This document shows, piece after piece, positions 51,845 through 63,800 of a DNA stretch of 64,000 nt. A program made the translations under genes and the position numbers. The DNA is from Malacoraja senta (taxonomy: Eukaryota). Every line of letters starts with the position of its first letter. Position 1 is the first letter of the stretch. The notes under the pieces were generated by a model. The model was not told the DNA's origin. It saw only the letters and a list, made by a program, of their open reading frames with translations, and did no database searches. Location: assembly GCA_038087875.1 (NCBI GenBank), contig CM075995.1, forward strand, positions 6,016,001 to 6,080,000, written 5' to 3'.

Positions 51845-52862
51845 CCGTATTTCCCGGCAATGAAGACGCTATTTATTTACCCAAAAATAAGGCATGAACA
51901 TTTATCTACATCTTGGAGGCCAAAGGTTAGGTTGTTAGCCAAGAAAGATAGACTTGGCTATCCCTCAATACAGCAACATGAAAAACGATGTTGCTGTTCT
52001 GAGGGATAGCCAAGTCTATCCCTCATTGCTGGCAGCTGATGGGGCGCGGCTGTAAAGTGGGAAGCGGCTGTAAAAGGACAGCGCCGCTGGGGGGGGAGAA
52101 GAGTTCCTATCTCAGCGTGTGGGGAGTCTGGCCCGGGTCAGCATGGGCAGGAGCATTGAGAAGGAGGGGGTTGGGGTTCATGCCAGCAACTCACTCACTC
52201 ACCGCTGCTGCGGCGGTCCGGGCGCAGAGCCACCGCATTGTGGCCGGGGAGGGAAGTAGCTCGGGTGGCTGCGAGCGGCTGCCGGGACCGGACAGTGGAA
52301 CCGGCCGCTCACCTCTGGTAGTGCTCCCCGTCTGAACACCTCTCTCCTTCCGCTCGCCGGCCTCGCTCATATCAACCGCTTCCCGCAAATCCTTAAATTC
52401 TGACTGCCGCCAGGAGCAGGACATGGCCTCACTTGCTGCGCTGGGTGACACTGCATGGCATTCACTGCCCTGTCCGTGTCTTTCAATGTAGACCAGACAG
52501 TGAGGGGACCAGCTCAAGAGCAATGATCATAGAGCGGAGTGGGTCAGCGGGCGATGGATAACAGGACAGCGGGCGATGGAGCTTCCTCCTGTGTCAGCGC
52601 GAGTAACCTCAATTGGTATTGTCATTCAATAAGATCACAACTGATTCAACTCGTCCCATTTTTCACACCATCTCCACCTGCCGTCACCCTCCACCCCCCC
52701 ACCCATTCAGTCTTTCAGAATGGAGGAGATCTGGAAGCCTTGGGCAAATTGAATTTTTTTGGGGGGGGGGTTTTGAGCATGAGAAATTCTATGTCCCGCC
52801 AGCCATTTTACAAAATTTAGCAACTCAAAATGGAGGTGCGTCCTCATTGCCGGGAAATACGG
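51845..52862. mobile_element. Non-autonomous Tc1/mariner (Tc2/pogo-like) DNA transposon
   Basis: TIRs CCGTATTTCCCGGCAATGAAGACGC / GCGTCCTCATTGCCGGGAAATACGG with TA TSDs at 51843-51844 and 52863-52864; no transposase ORF. Confidence 0.85.
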
Positions 52863-52920
52863 TATATACACTGTAAGTGGAGAAACATTTTTCCAAGTGT
52901 TGCTGCTGTTTTTGTTTCAG

Positions 52921-52969
52921 GATATATTGCGCCATGGAGTGGAAGATTCTATTCACTTTGGGATACAGG
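52921..52969 (+). CDS. STT3B: STT3B coding exon (ortholog of exon 8), 49 bp
   Basis: ttcAG|GA..AGG|GTaag; YIAPWSGRFYSLWDT. Confidence 0.95.
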
Positions 52970-53762
52970 GTAAGAATGTTTAAGACCTCTCTTATTTTTT
53001 TTATTTGGGTTTGGCTTGGATCAAATGAGCAATGTTTATAATCATGATAATTGCACTTACATTTCAGGCAGAGAGCTGATTTAACTGGGTAGTCCCATTT
53101 TAAGTTTAGTTTAAATGGCTTTGACATATTTAACTTGAAGGATGAATTGCCTCTGCATACTTCTCCACCAATAGTAGCGGCATGTTTTCAGAACAAAGCA
53201 CCTTAATCAAAGTCTGTAGCTTTTATTAAATTTGTGTAATTACTCTCATTGTTCTCAGAATAACATCTAGATGATTGTTTCCATAGTGATGGAGATATTT
53301 GGGATTGGCTGTTCCTACAAAGCCACTTGGAGTGACTTGTTGGGACATTTAACTAGTAATGGAAACAGTTTACCTGTGGATACTCATTGTTCATTGTTCA
53401 TTTTGGTCGAGTGACTGTCAGTATTGTCACCTGTTTTTGATCCAGATGCATCTATTTTCATTCAGACATGGGTATGGGCATTAGTTGCCTAGCCAATAGG
53501 TGCTCTCTTATCTTTATCTGAGAAAGTGGTGTGCTGCCACTGCAGTCTTTCTACTTAAGGGATTCCCATTGAGTTGTTAGTTTGAGGGATCTAGAGTTTC
53601 GATCAAGTGAGTATCAAAAGGATTATTTATATATTTCCACATCAGGAAGGGAACTTTATATAGAAGATCCCCATTAATTCCTGTTAATACCACAGCAATG
53701 AATCGTGAACTGTATGACTTGACACAACTTGAATTCTTTACCTGTAATTTCCCTTGCAACTG

Positions 53763-54060
53763 CAGCACAGTGGCATAGAGGTAGAGCTACTGCCTTACAG
53801 CGCCAGAGACCCTGGTTTGATTCTGACTACGGGTGCTTGTCCGTATGGAGTTTGTATATTCTCCCCGTAACCTGCGTGGGTTTTCTCCGAGATCTTTGGT
53901 TTCCTCCCACATTCCAAAGACATACACATTTGTAGGTTAATTGGCTTGGTGTAAATGTAAATTGTCCCTAGTGTGTGTAGGATGGTGTTAGTGGGCAGGG
54001 ATGTGGACTCGGTGGGCTGAAGAGCCTGTTTCCATGCTGTATCTCTAAATTAAACTAAAC
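53763..54060 (+). mobile_element. V-SINE copy
   Basis: tRNA head, V-domain, (CTAAA)n tail. Confidence 0.82.
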
Positions 54061-54358
54061 AAAAATATTACTGATACAGGATTGGATACTGGTTTTGGTT
54101 CATCCTGTTTCCTATTCATCTTGTGGGAACAATTTATGTCAGACAATGTAACAGTTCTCTGATGGGAAAAAGAGATGGGATTTTCAAGCAAATACATAAA
54201 GTGCAATGGTTGGATAAAGGTAGTTTTGAGAATAAGAAATCTTGAAAATGGTATCGAATTGCCCATCATATGAGCCGAAAGAATTGGTGAGGTTTGCATT
54301 TGGTTGAAAATATGTTATAGAATCTAATGTAACACAATGCAGAGTTGATAAGATGCTA

Positions 54359-54907
54359 TACACTCCATTGGTACTCTGAAACGATATCATGTTTAAATTT
54401 AGAAAAAATCAGGAGTGACATTGTTGAACCCTTGGTTAAATTTGATAGGACTTGGGGAAGATTTATTCAACATTTTCACACAACATAAATTGTCCCCTCT
54501 CCAACCGTTATAATAATTCTTTTACCATTATACGGTGGAACGGACTTGACGACAAACAGGGACTTAAATTGTTTAAATTCTTTGCAGCCCAGATTCTGTT
54601 TTTGGTTTTTTTTTTCCTCTAGTTTAGGAGGGTTTTGTTTTTTCCTTTTTTCTCCTTTTTTTTTCTTTTTATCTTTTTGTTGTTTTATAGATAAGTTTTC
54701 TTTTAAACATTTAACTATATTTACATAGAGGTCTATATTCAATGTGTATTTTGACACTGGACTCATATTTAGGTTATACCTGTTATTAATGTAATCCTGA
54801 TCCCTATGTATCAATATAATTGTTATGTTTATCATTTTTCTTTTTTTTTGTTTTGTTTTTGATTTTGGGAAAAAAAACTAATAAAAAGATTTTAAAAGAA
54901 AGAAAGA
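54359..54907 (+). mobile_element. L1 LINE 3' end
   Basis: HWYSETISCLNLEKIR..KFDRTWGRFIQHF; AATAAA and A-rich tail; TSD AAGATGCTA at 54350-54358 and 54908-54916. Confidence 0.8.
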
Positions 54908-54994
54908 AAGATGCTACGTATAACTTGGCATGATTCTGTTGGACATTCTGTAAGTGAAATGTGTGCAAGCTAATCTTTCTGATTTATTTTATAG

Positions 54995-55149
54995 GTATGC
55001 AAAAATCCACATTCCCATCATTGCCTCGGTGTCTGAGCATCAACCTACAACATGGGTTTCCTTCTTTTTTGATCTTCACATACTGGTCTGCACATTCCCA
55101 GCTGGCCTGTGGTTCTGCATCAAAAACATTAATGATGAAAGAGTGTTTG
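54995..55149 (+). CDS. STT3B: STT3B coding exon (ortholog of exon 9), 155 bp
   Basis: atAG|G..TTTG|GTaag; [28 protein letters not shown], including the SVSE motif. Confidence 0.96.
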
Positions 55150-55423
55150 GTAAGGATATGAGTCAGTTATCAGGTTGACTTCCAATTTGGGAAAAAAATG
55201 CAGGATTGATTTGCATCAAAAGCCCAAGTATGTAGTTAATTACTTGTAACATCAGAGTTTTCATCTAATTTATGTTCAAGAATTATGCTGTAAATCACGT
55301 CTGTCAGTTAAAAATATTATTTTTGTGAGAGCGCAGAAATCAAAAAATGGGGAGGGTAGACTTATTATGTAGGACGGTTATTTTATAAGGTTGATTTTCA
55401 ATAACCCTCGTTTTGTTCCATAA

Positions 55424-55992
55424 CGATCGTTTCACTGAACACCTTCGCTCAGTCTGCCTGAACCTACCTGATCTCTCGGTTGCCAAACACTTTAATTCCC
55501 CTTCCCATTCTGACCTTTCTGTCCTAGGCCTCCATTGTCAGAGTGAGGCCAAATGCAAATTGGAGGAACAGCATCTCCTATTTTGCTTGGGCAGCTTACA
55601 ACCAATGAATATTGAAGGTAGACACAAAATGCTGGAGTAACTATGGTATGATTATTGATTTCTCTAACTTCAAGTAACCCTTGCACTCCCTCTCTCTCCA
55701 TCCCTCCCCAACCCAAGTCATACCAGCTTCAAGGTCGTCTTGTTGAGTCTCATTGTCTGTACTCGTTCTCACCTAGGCCACAGCTAACAATGGCCTGTTT
55801 CCTTTATCATCATTACCTTTTTTGCATATCTCTTTCATTTGTTCTATATCTCTCTACAAAGCCATCTATATCTCTTCTCCCCCTCTCCCCTGACTCTGTC
55901 TGAAGGAGGGTCTCGACCCAAAATGTCACATATTCCTTCTCTCCAGAGATGCTGTCTGACCCACTGAGTTGCTCCAGCTTTTTGTGTCTGTC
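55424..55992 (+). mobile_element. Penelope-like element 3' end: GIY-YIG endonuclease C-terminus, 3' UTR, and pLTR with hammerhead-like core
   Basis: RFTEHLRSV..PDLSVAKHFNSPSHS..KLEEQHLLFCLGSLQP; CTGAAGGAGGGTCTCGACCCAAAATGTCA at about 55900-55929. Confidence 0.85.
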
Positions 55993-56197
55993 TATGATTT
56001 TCCATCGACACAGTTTTCAGAGAAAGATTACAGGTTTGTGTCTGTGTTGCTTCCTGAATTCAACTGTAGTCTGATGAGGAAACATACTTGCCTACTGGTA
56101 GTCTGGCAAGGATCATGCAAATAATCTCTTTGGGTGCTGATGCATATAAGCAACAAACAAGTAATATGAGGGTTATGGGCATCCAGTGTCTGATCTA

Positions 56198-56645
56198 AGG
56201 GCCTGTCCCACTTACGTGTCCTTGGCACGCAAATTACGCGACTTCCTGGTCGCGTTGAGGTGTACGGGCATCGTGTGGCCGCGCGGGGCCGGTCCCACTG
56301 AGAAGCGCGGAGCGGGCTCCAAAATTTTTGTAGGCCAAGAAGATTGAAGCTGGACACAAAATGCTGGAGTAACTCAGCGGGACCGGCAGCATCTCTGGAG
56401 AGAAGCAATGGGTGACGTTTCGGGTCAAGACCCTTCTTTCAGACTGAAGAAGAGCCTCGACACGAAACGTCACCCATTGTCACCCAATGCTGAGTTACTC
56501 CAGCATTTTGTGTCCATCTTCAAATGACGTCACGCGCTCCAGACGGCTGTGCGGATGAATGAAGTCGCGCGGGACCGACGCGCCTCAACACGACCACGAG
56601 ATCGCGTAATTAGCATGCCAAGGACAGGTAAGTGGGACAGGGGCT
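56198..56645. mobile_element. Palindromic MITE (PIF/Harbinger-like) containing a fold-back PLE-LTR insert (about 56344-56523)
   Basis: TIRs GGGCCTGTCCCACTTAC / GTAAGTGGGACAGGGGC flanked by TAA/TTA; long subterminal inverted arms. Confidence 0.75.
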
Positions 56646-57749
56646 TTAGTTTCTTCCTAGCCAAGATGGTTGACAATGTATTGGTTGGTGAGAAAACTTC
56701 ACTCTTTGTAAGTAATAGATTTCATGGCATTCTTGTGATGATTGTTATTTGGAATGGAACGCCTATTCCTGAGAGATGTTTTTAAAATCAGAGCTTCTGC
56801 TGTGAGTGTCGTGAATCCAGATATGTCAGCTTCAACTGTGCCAGCATTCGCAATATTTGTGAATTAACCTCCTTTAATGATTAGAGTGCACCAATATTTG
56901 CAGAAATGTAATACTTTTTAATATCTCTAAAAATAATTATCAGCATAAGACAAGACAAGAGACATAAGTGAAACATGATAAATGCTTGTGCCAAATCGAT
57001 TCCTTGAGATCTGCAGATTGAACACTCAGATTGCTGCATTACCAGTTTGAGCTCATTTCGTTTGATAAACAGTGTTGTGCCACCCCAACAAGCGACATGT
57101 GTTTAAAGGCGTTCGTTTTCTGCAGTCATTTAAATTTGATTAAAATGTGCCGTTAGTTGGAGGAAAAGGTCAACTCATTGATCTGGAAATGTTAATGTGC
57201 TTTTAAAATGATTGCAGATATCTGAAAATATAATATTTGAACTGATTTGATTATTTTCAGTCAAATGGTTGTGTATTAAATTTACTATTTTGCAGTTGGA
57301 GACATTTTGTTTGTCCGAAAACCAGGGCAAAAACATGGAGAAGTGAAGAGCATGGATTAATTGGACGTTTCATTGAAATCCCTAATTCTTATTTTGAAGG
57401 TTTAAAAACAATTCTTGTACCTGAGCCAAGGTGTTCACCCTTTAGGACAGATAATTTCCAAAGTGAATGGGTTAAGAAAACAACACAATGTATTCAGTTC
57501 TTTAGTTCTGCTTTGCTATTAGAGATACCAGCGTGTGAATTTGGAGAATGGCCAATGTACACCAAGTAGGCATGTGCATTTGCAAACTGGCAAAATGAAC
57601 TCAATTTATTTCTATATACATTATGGCTCCTTTACATTCCATGTTAGTAACCAGGGGTGATGGCTTTTTCAAGCACTGACTTTGGGAGGGAAAAATAATT
57701 AACTTGTTTTCACTTTTGTGACATTGTGGAATTTCACTTTTATGACATC

Positions 57750-59085
57750 TTTCAGCCCAACTTGTCCACGCCGACCATCATCCCCCATTTACGCTAGTCT
57801 CACCTCCTGGTATTTGGCCCATATCCTTCTAAACCTATCCTATCTATGTACCTGTCCAATTATATTTTAATCATTGTTATATCTGCCTGAACTATGTCCT
57901 CTGGCAGCTTGTTCCATATACCTACCGCCCCATTATGTAAAACAAAATGTTTTCCCCTCCCACCTTAAACCAATGTCCTCTGATCTTGATTCCCCTACTC
58001 TACGTAAAAGACTCTGTGCATTTACCCTAACTATTCCTCTCATGATCTTATACACACCTCTATAATACACCACTCATCCTCCTGTGCTCCAAGGAATAAA
58101 GGCCTAGCCTGCTTAACCTCTTCCTATAGCTCAGCCCTTACAGGCAACATCCTCGTAAGTTTTCTCTGCATCCTTTCCAGCTTAGCAACATTTTTCCTAT
58201 AACAGGGTAATCAAAACTGAACGCAATACTAAAAATATAGCCTCACCAATGTTTTGTACAACTGTAACATAACCTCCCAACTTGGTTCCACCAAGATGCA
58301 GGACAGAATGCCACAGGAGATCCTTCTTCCCTGTGGCTATCAAACTGTACAACTCCTCTCCCCTCTGTTGTGGGGTAGACTGAGTGCCCCCCCCCCCCCC
58401 CAATCTTTGGCTCTTAGAATAAAGGGGAGGTCATTTAAGACTGAGGTGAGAAAAAACTTTTTCACCCAGAGAGATGTGAATTTGTGTGTAATTCCCTGCC
58501 ACAGAGGGCAATGGAGGCCAAATCACTGGATGGATTTAAGAGAAAGTTAGATAGAGCTCTAGGGGCCAGTGGAGTCAAAGGATATGGGGAGAAGGCAGGC
58601 ACGGGTTATTGATAGGGGACGATCAGCCATGATCACAATGAATGGCGGTGCTGGATCGAAGGGCACCGATCCTCCTGCACCGATTTTCTATGTTTCTATG
58701 TTTGCAACTCCCCAATCCTTTCCACTCGCCACTTTAATTTCATATATTTTGTGTTTTTATGACTGTTGGCAGATCAATTTCCCTCCTGGGATAAATAAAG
58801 TTCTATCGTATTGTTTACTCATTACTCTGACTGATGAAGGCCAATGTGCCAAAAGCCTTAGTGACCATCCTATCTGTCCATGATGCCACTTTCAAGAAAC
58901 TATGGATCTGCACTCCTAGATCCCTCTGCTCCACAACACTCACCAGAGCCCTGGCATTCACTGTGAAGGTCCTGCCCTGGTTTGACTTCCCAAAATGCAA
59001 CATCTCTCACTCATCTGTATTGAACTCTTTTAACCATTATTTAGCCCATCTGCCCAACAGATCAAGATCCTGCAGCAATTTTTGA
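57750..59085 (-). mobile_element. CR1 fragment containing a Rex1 3' end (+, about 58283-58815), which itself contains a CR1 3' end (+, about 58411-58702)
   Basis: Host AACCTCCCAACTT|..|TACTCATTACTCTGACTGATGAAGGCC is split; Rex tail GGGATAAATAAAGTTCTAT. Confidence 0.75.
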
Positions 59086-59143
59086 TAAATTGTTGTGAAT
59101 GTGAGAAGCATTAGCTGACACTGGGAATCTAATCTCTCCACAG

Positions 59144-59355
59144 TTGCCCTTTATGCAATCAGTGCTGTTTATTTTGCTGGAGTCATGGTACGCCTGATGC
59201 TGACTCTCACACCAGTTGTCTGCATGCTGTCTGCCATTGCTTTCTCCAATGTCTTCGAACACTACCTGGGTGATGACACGCAGAGGGAAAATCCACCTGT
59301 TGAAGACAGCAGCGATGAAGATGATAAGAGGAATTCTGGCAATCTCTATGACAAG
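59144..59355 (+). CDS. STT3B: STT3B coding exon (ortholog of exon 10), 212 bp
   Basis: cacAG|TT..AAG|GTaag; ALYAISAVYFAGVMVRLMLTLTPVVC..ENPPVEDSSDEDDKRNSGNLYDK (STT3B-type acidic loop). Confidence 0.96.
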
Positions 59356-60244
59356 GTAAGGAAAAGGGACACAGATGAATATGTTTCCATGATACCACTA
59401 GATGCAAGTTTCTGCTAAGTTCCTGCTGTCAAACTTCTAAAACTCTCTTTGCTGCCAGCGAGGCAGCTGTGGATATGCCAACATCTGTTGTCTTTTTTAT
59501 AATCCCAGAAGTGCATTGGTGTTGGGTTTAAATGAGGCACGTGTATGTTTTGATGTCAAGAGAAAGAAGCACAAATAATAGAGTAACCTCGTGGTCATTA
59601 AACTTCCCGGAAGTTTGCCATTTTTCGATGTACATGTCTTCTGTTTGAATTTTATTTAAAGATGAACCATTTTATGCAGAATCAAAGTTTGGGGATGTGT
59701 ACTTTATCAGGAATATTTCAAGAGTTTGGTGCAGAGCTGACAAGATGGGGCACTTAGCACATGGTTCATCATCCCTTCCCTCTTAGAATAATTTATGGAC
59801 AATGGTTTGCAATGGAGAATTCCACAAGTTAGCCACGATTTGTGTAAAGGACCGTTTCTCTTACTTTTGTGAGTGATATATATAGGTGCATATTTGTTCG
59901 GCTGTTGCTAACCTACAGAGATCACATATCACTATTTTCCCTCATTACATTACATAGACCTTCATGAAGTCATTCTTTAATAGTCTTGTGAAAGGAGGCC
60001 CAAAATTAATCGTTCTTGTTCAGAAGAGCCAATGTCCTAATGAATCTACATGCGCTTATGCCATTGTGTCCATATTCTTCTTCTAATGGAACACTCAAAA
60101 TTGCGTACAATGTTCCAACAATGACTCAATCAAGGTCTTGAATGTGTAATATCTTCTCATAGTGTCAAATACAATTTTCTCCCATTCTGCTTTTTTTATG
60201 AAAGGCAAGATAAGGTGCTGTAGTAACCCAGTGGGTCAGTCATC

Positions 60245-63200
60245 ATATAACCATATAACCATAACAGCACGGAAACAGGCCATCTCCTGGATAGACTGGA
60301 TAGACTTGGCTTATACTCGCTAGAATTTAGGAGATTGAGAGGGGATCTTATAGAAACGTACAAAATTCTTATGGGGTTGGACAGGCTAGATGCAGGAAGA
60401 TTGTTCCCGAAGTTGGGGAAGTCCAGGACAAAGGGTCACAGCTTAAGGATAAGGGGGAAATCCTTTAAGACCGAGATGAGAATAAACTTTTTCACACAGA
60501 GAGTGGTGAATCTCTGGAACTCTCTGCCACAGAGGGTAGTTGAGGCCAGTTCATTGGCTATATTTAAGAGGGAGTTAGATGTGGCCCTTGTGGCTAAAGG
60601 GATCAGGGGGTATGGAGAGAAGGCAGGTACGGGATACTGAGTTGGATGATCAGCCATGATCATATTGAATGGCGGTGCAGGCTCGAAGGGCCGAATGGCC
60701 TACTCCTGCACCTATTTTCTATGTATCTATGTATCTCGGCCCTTCAAGTCCGTGCCGAACACTTTTATTTAAAAAAAAAATGTTTTTGTATTTTTTTTTT
60801 AACTTCCCCCTAGTCCCATCTACCTGCAATCAGACCATAACCCTCCATTCCTTTCCCGTCCATATACCCATCCAATCTATTTTTACAGGATAACATCGAA
60901 CCTGCCTCCACCACTTCCACTGGAAGCTCATTCCACACAGCTACCACTCTCTGAGTAAAGAAGTTCCCCCTAATGTTACCCCTAAACTTCTGTCCCTTAA
61001 TTCTCAAGTCATGTCCCCTTGTTTGAATCTTCCCATCTCTCAATGGGAAAAGCTTATCCACGTCCACTCTGTCTAACCCGCTCATAATTTTAAAGACCTC
61101 TATCAAGTCCCCTCTTAACCTTCTGCGCTCCAAAGAATAAAGACCTAACTTGTTCAACCTTTCTTTGTAACTTAGTTGCTGAAACCCAGGCAACATTCTA
61201 GTAAATCCCCTCTGTACTCTCTATTTTGTTGACATCCTTCCTATATTTAGGCGACCAAAATTGTACTCCATACTCCAGAATTGGCCTCACCATTGCCTTG
61301 TACAATTTTAACATTACATCCCAACTTCTATATTCAATGCTCCGATTTATAAAGGCCAGCACACCAAAAGCTTTCTTTACCACCCTATCTACATGAGATT
61401 CCACCTTCAGGGAACTATGCACAGTTATTCCTAGATCCTTCTGTTCAACTGCATTCCTCAATTCGCTACCATTTACCATGTACGTCCTATTTTGATTTCT
61501 CCTGCCGAGATGTAGCACCTCACATTTGTCAGCATTAAACTCCATCTGCCATCTTTCAGCCCACTCTTCCAAATGGCCTAAATCTCTCTGTAGACTTTGA
61601 AAATCTACTTCATTATCCACAACACCACCTATCTTAGTATCATCTGCATACTTACTAATCCAATTTTCCACACCATCATCCAGATCATTGATGTACATGA
61701 CAAACAACAGTGGACCCAACACAGACCCCTGAGGCACCCCACTAGTCACCGGCCTCCAACCTGACAAACAGCCATCCACCATTACTCTCTGGCATCTCCC
61801 ATTCAGCCACTGTTGAATCCATCTTGCTACTCCACCATTAATACCCAACAATTGAATCTTCTTAACTGACCTTCCATGAGGAACCTTGTCAAAGGCCTTA
61901 CTGAAGTCCATATAGACAACATCCACTGCTTTACCCTCATCAATTTCCCTAGTAACCTCTTCGAAAAATTCAAGAAGATTAGTCAAGCATGACCTTCCAG
62001 GCACAAATCCATGTTGACTGTTCCTAATCAGACCCTGCTTATCCAGATGCTTATATATATTATCTTTAAGTATCCTTTCCATTAATTTGCCCACCACTGA
62101 CGTCAAACTAACAGGTCTATAATTGCTAGGTTTACTCTTCGAACCCTTTTTAAACAACGGAACAACATGCGCAGTACGCCAATCCTCCGGCACTATTCCC
62201 GTTTCTAATGACATTTGAAATATTTCTGTCATAGCCCCTGCTATTTCTACACTAACTTCCCTCAATGTCCTAGGGAATATCCTGTCAGGACCTGGAGACT
62301 TATCCTTTTTCAAAAGTGTCCGCACCTCCTCCTCTTTGAATCTCATAGTTTCCATTGCTACTCTGCTTGTTTCCCTTACCTCACATAATTCCATATCCTT
62401 CTCCTTGGTGAATACCGAAGAAAAGAAATTGTTCAATATCTCCCCCATCTCTTTTGGCTCTGCAGATAGCTGTCCACTCTGACTCTCTAATGGACCAATT
62501 TTATTCCTTGTTATCCTTTTGCTATTAATATAGCTGTAGAAACCCTTTGGATTTACTTTCACCTTACTTGCCAAAGCAACCTCATATCTTCTTTTAGCTT
62601 TTCTAATTTCTTTCTTAATATTCTTTTTACATTCTTTATACTCAAGCACCTCATTTACTCCATGCTGCCTATAATTATTGTAGATCTCTCTCTTTTTCCA
62701 AACCAAGTGTCCAATTTCCCTTGAAAACCATGGCTCTTTCCAATTTTTACTATTTCCTTTCAACCGAACAGGGACATAAAGATTCTGTACTCTTAAAATT
62801 TCACCCTTAAATGTCCTCCATTTCTCTTCTACATCCTTCCCATAAAACAACATGTCCCAATTCACTCCTTTTAAATCAGCCTTTCTCCAATCAGCCTTTA
62901 AGTTAGCCTTTCTCCAATCAAAAATCTCAACCCTAGGTCCAGTTCTGACCCTCTCCATAATTATATTGAAACTAATGGTATTGTGATCACTGGACCCGAA
63001 GTGCTCCCCGACGCATACCTCCGCCACCTGCCCTGTCTCATTTCCTAACAGGAGGTCCAGCACTGTCCCTTCTCTAGTAGGTACCTCTATGTATTGCTGC
63101 AAAAAACTATCCTGCACACATTTTACAAACTCCAAACCATCCAGCCCTTTTACAGAATGTGTTTCCCAGTCTATGTGTGGAAAATTGAAATCTCCCACAA

Positions 63201-63597
63201 TCACTACCTTGTGCTTACTACTAATATCTGCTATCTATAATACACCCCTATAAGTGTTGCTACACCTTTCCCATTTCTCAGTTCCACCCAAATAGCCTCC
63301 CTAGACGAGCCCTCTAATCTATCCTGCCAAAGCACTGCTGTAATATCTTCCTTGACAAGCAATGCAACACCCCCACCTCTTGCGCCTCCAATTCTATCAC
63401 CCCTGAAGCAACGAAATCCTGGAATATTTAGTTTCCAATCACAGCCCTCCTGCAACCATGTTTCACTGATCGCCACAACATCATACTTCCAGGTGTCAAT
63501 CCAGGCTCTAAGCTCATCCACCTTTCTTACAATGCTCCTAGCATTAAAATATACACATTTAAGAAACCCACCACCACTTATTCTCCGTTTATTATCT
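60245..63597 (-). mobile_element. Young CR1 LINE with nearly complete ORF2 (APE endonuclease + RT), disrupted at about 63230 and 61200
   Basis: ORFs 63231-63521 (DVVAISETWL), 61198-63204 (GDFN, SDH, YADD) and 60810-61196. Confidence 0.95.
60287..60732 (+). mobile_element. CR1 3' fragment nested in the 3' UTR of the long CR1
   Basis: TSD ATCTC at 60282-60286 and 60733-60737; ORF 60335-60640. Confidence 0.88.
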
Positions 63598-63800
63598 TAT
63601 CTCTGGGGGACATGGATAGGTGATGTTTTGGGTTGGGACCCTTTATCAGACTAATTGTAGCCTGGAAGAGAGACGGGAGGGGCGAGACTAATCCAGGCAA
63701 GTGATAATTGAAGGAGGGTTTATTTGGTATATGGGTGATCGGAGATGAAAAGAAAACAAAAAGGCTGTGAAGTAAGGAGATATGAAATATTATGCAACAC
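63598..63800 (-). mobile_element. PLE 3' UTR/pLTR remnant with decayed hammerhead core
   Basis: Reverse complement reads CTGATAAAGGGTCCCAACCCAAAACATCACCTATCCATG. Confidence 0.55.

Noticed and set aside
51845..52862. GC-rich patch as a CpG-island promoter or small gene (ORFs 52039-52876)
   Set aside because: It lies wholly within TIR/TA-bounded transposon sequence and the ORFs have no recognisable domains.
5123..59355. Gene call STT3A or a processed pseudogene
   Set aside because: Residues and the acidic exon 10 loop are STT3B-type; all introns are GT-AG and the spliced frame is unbroken.
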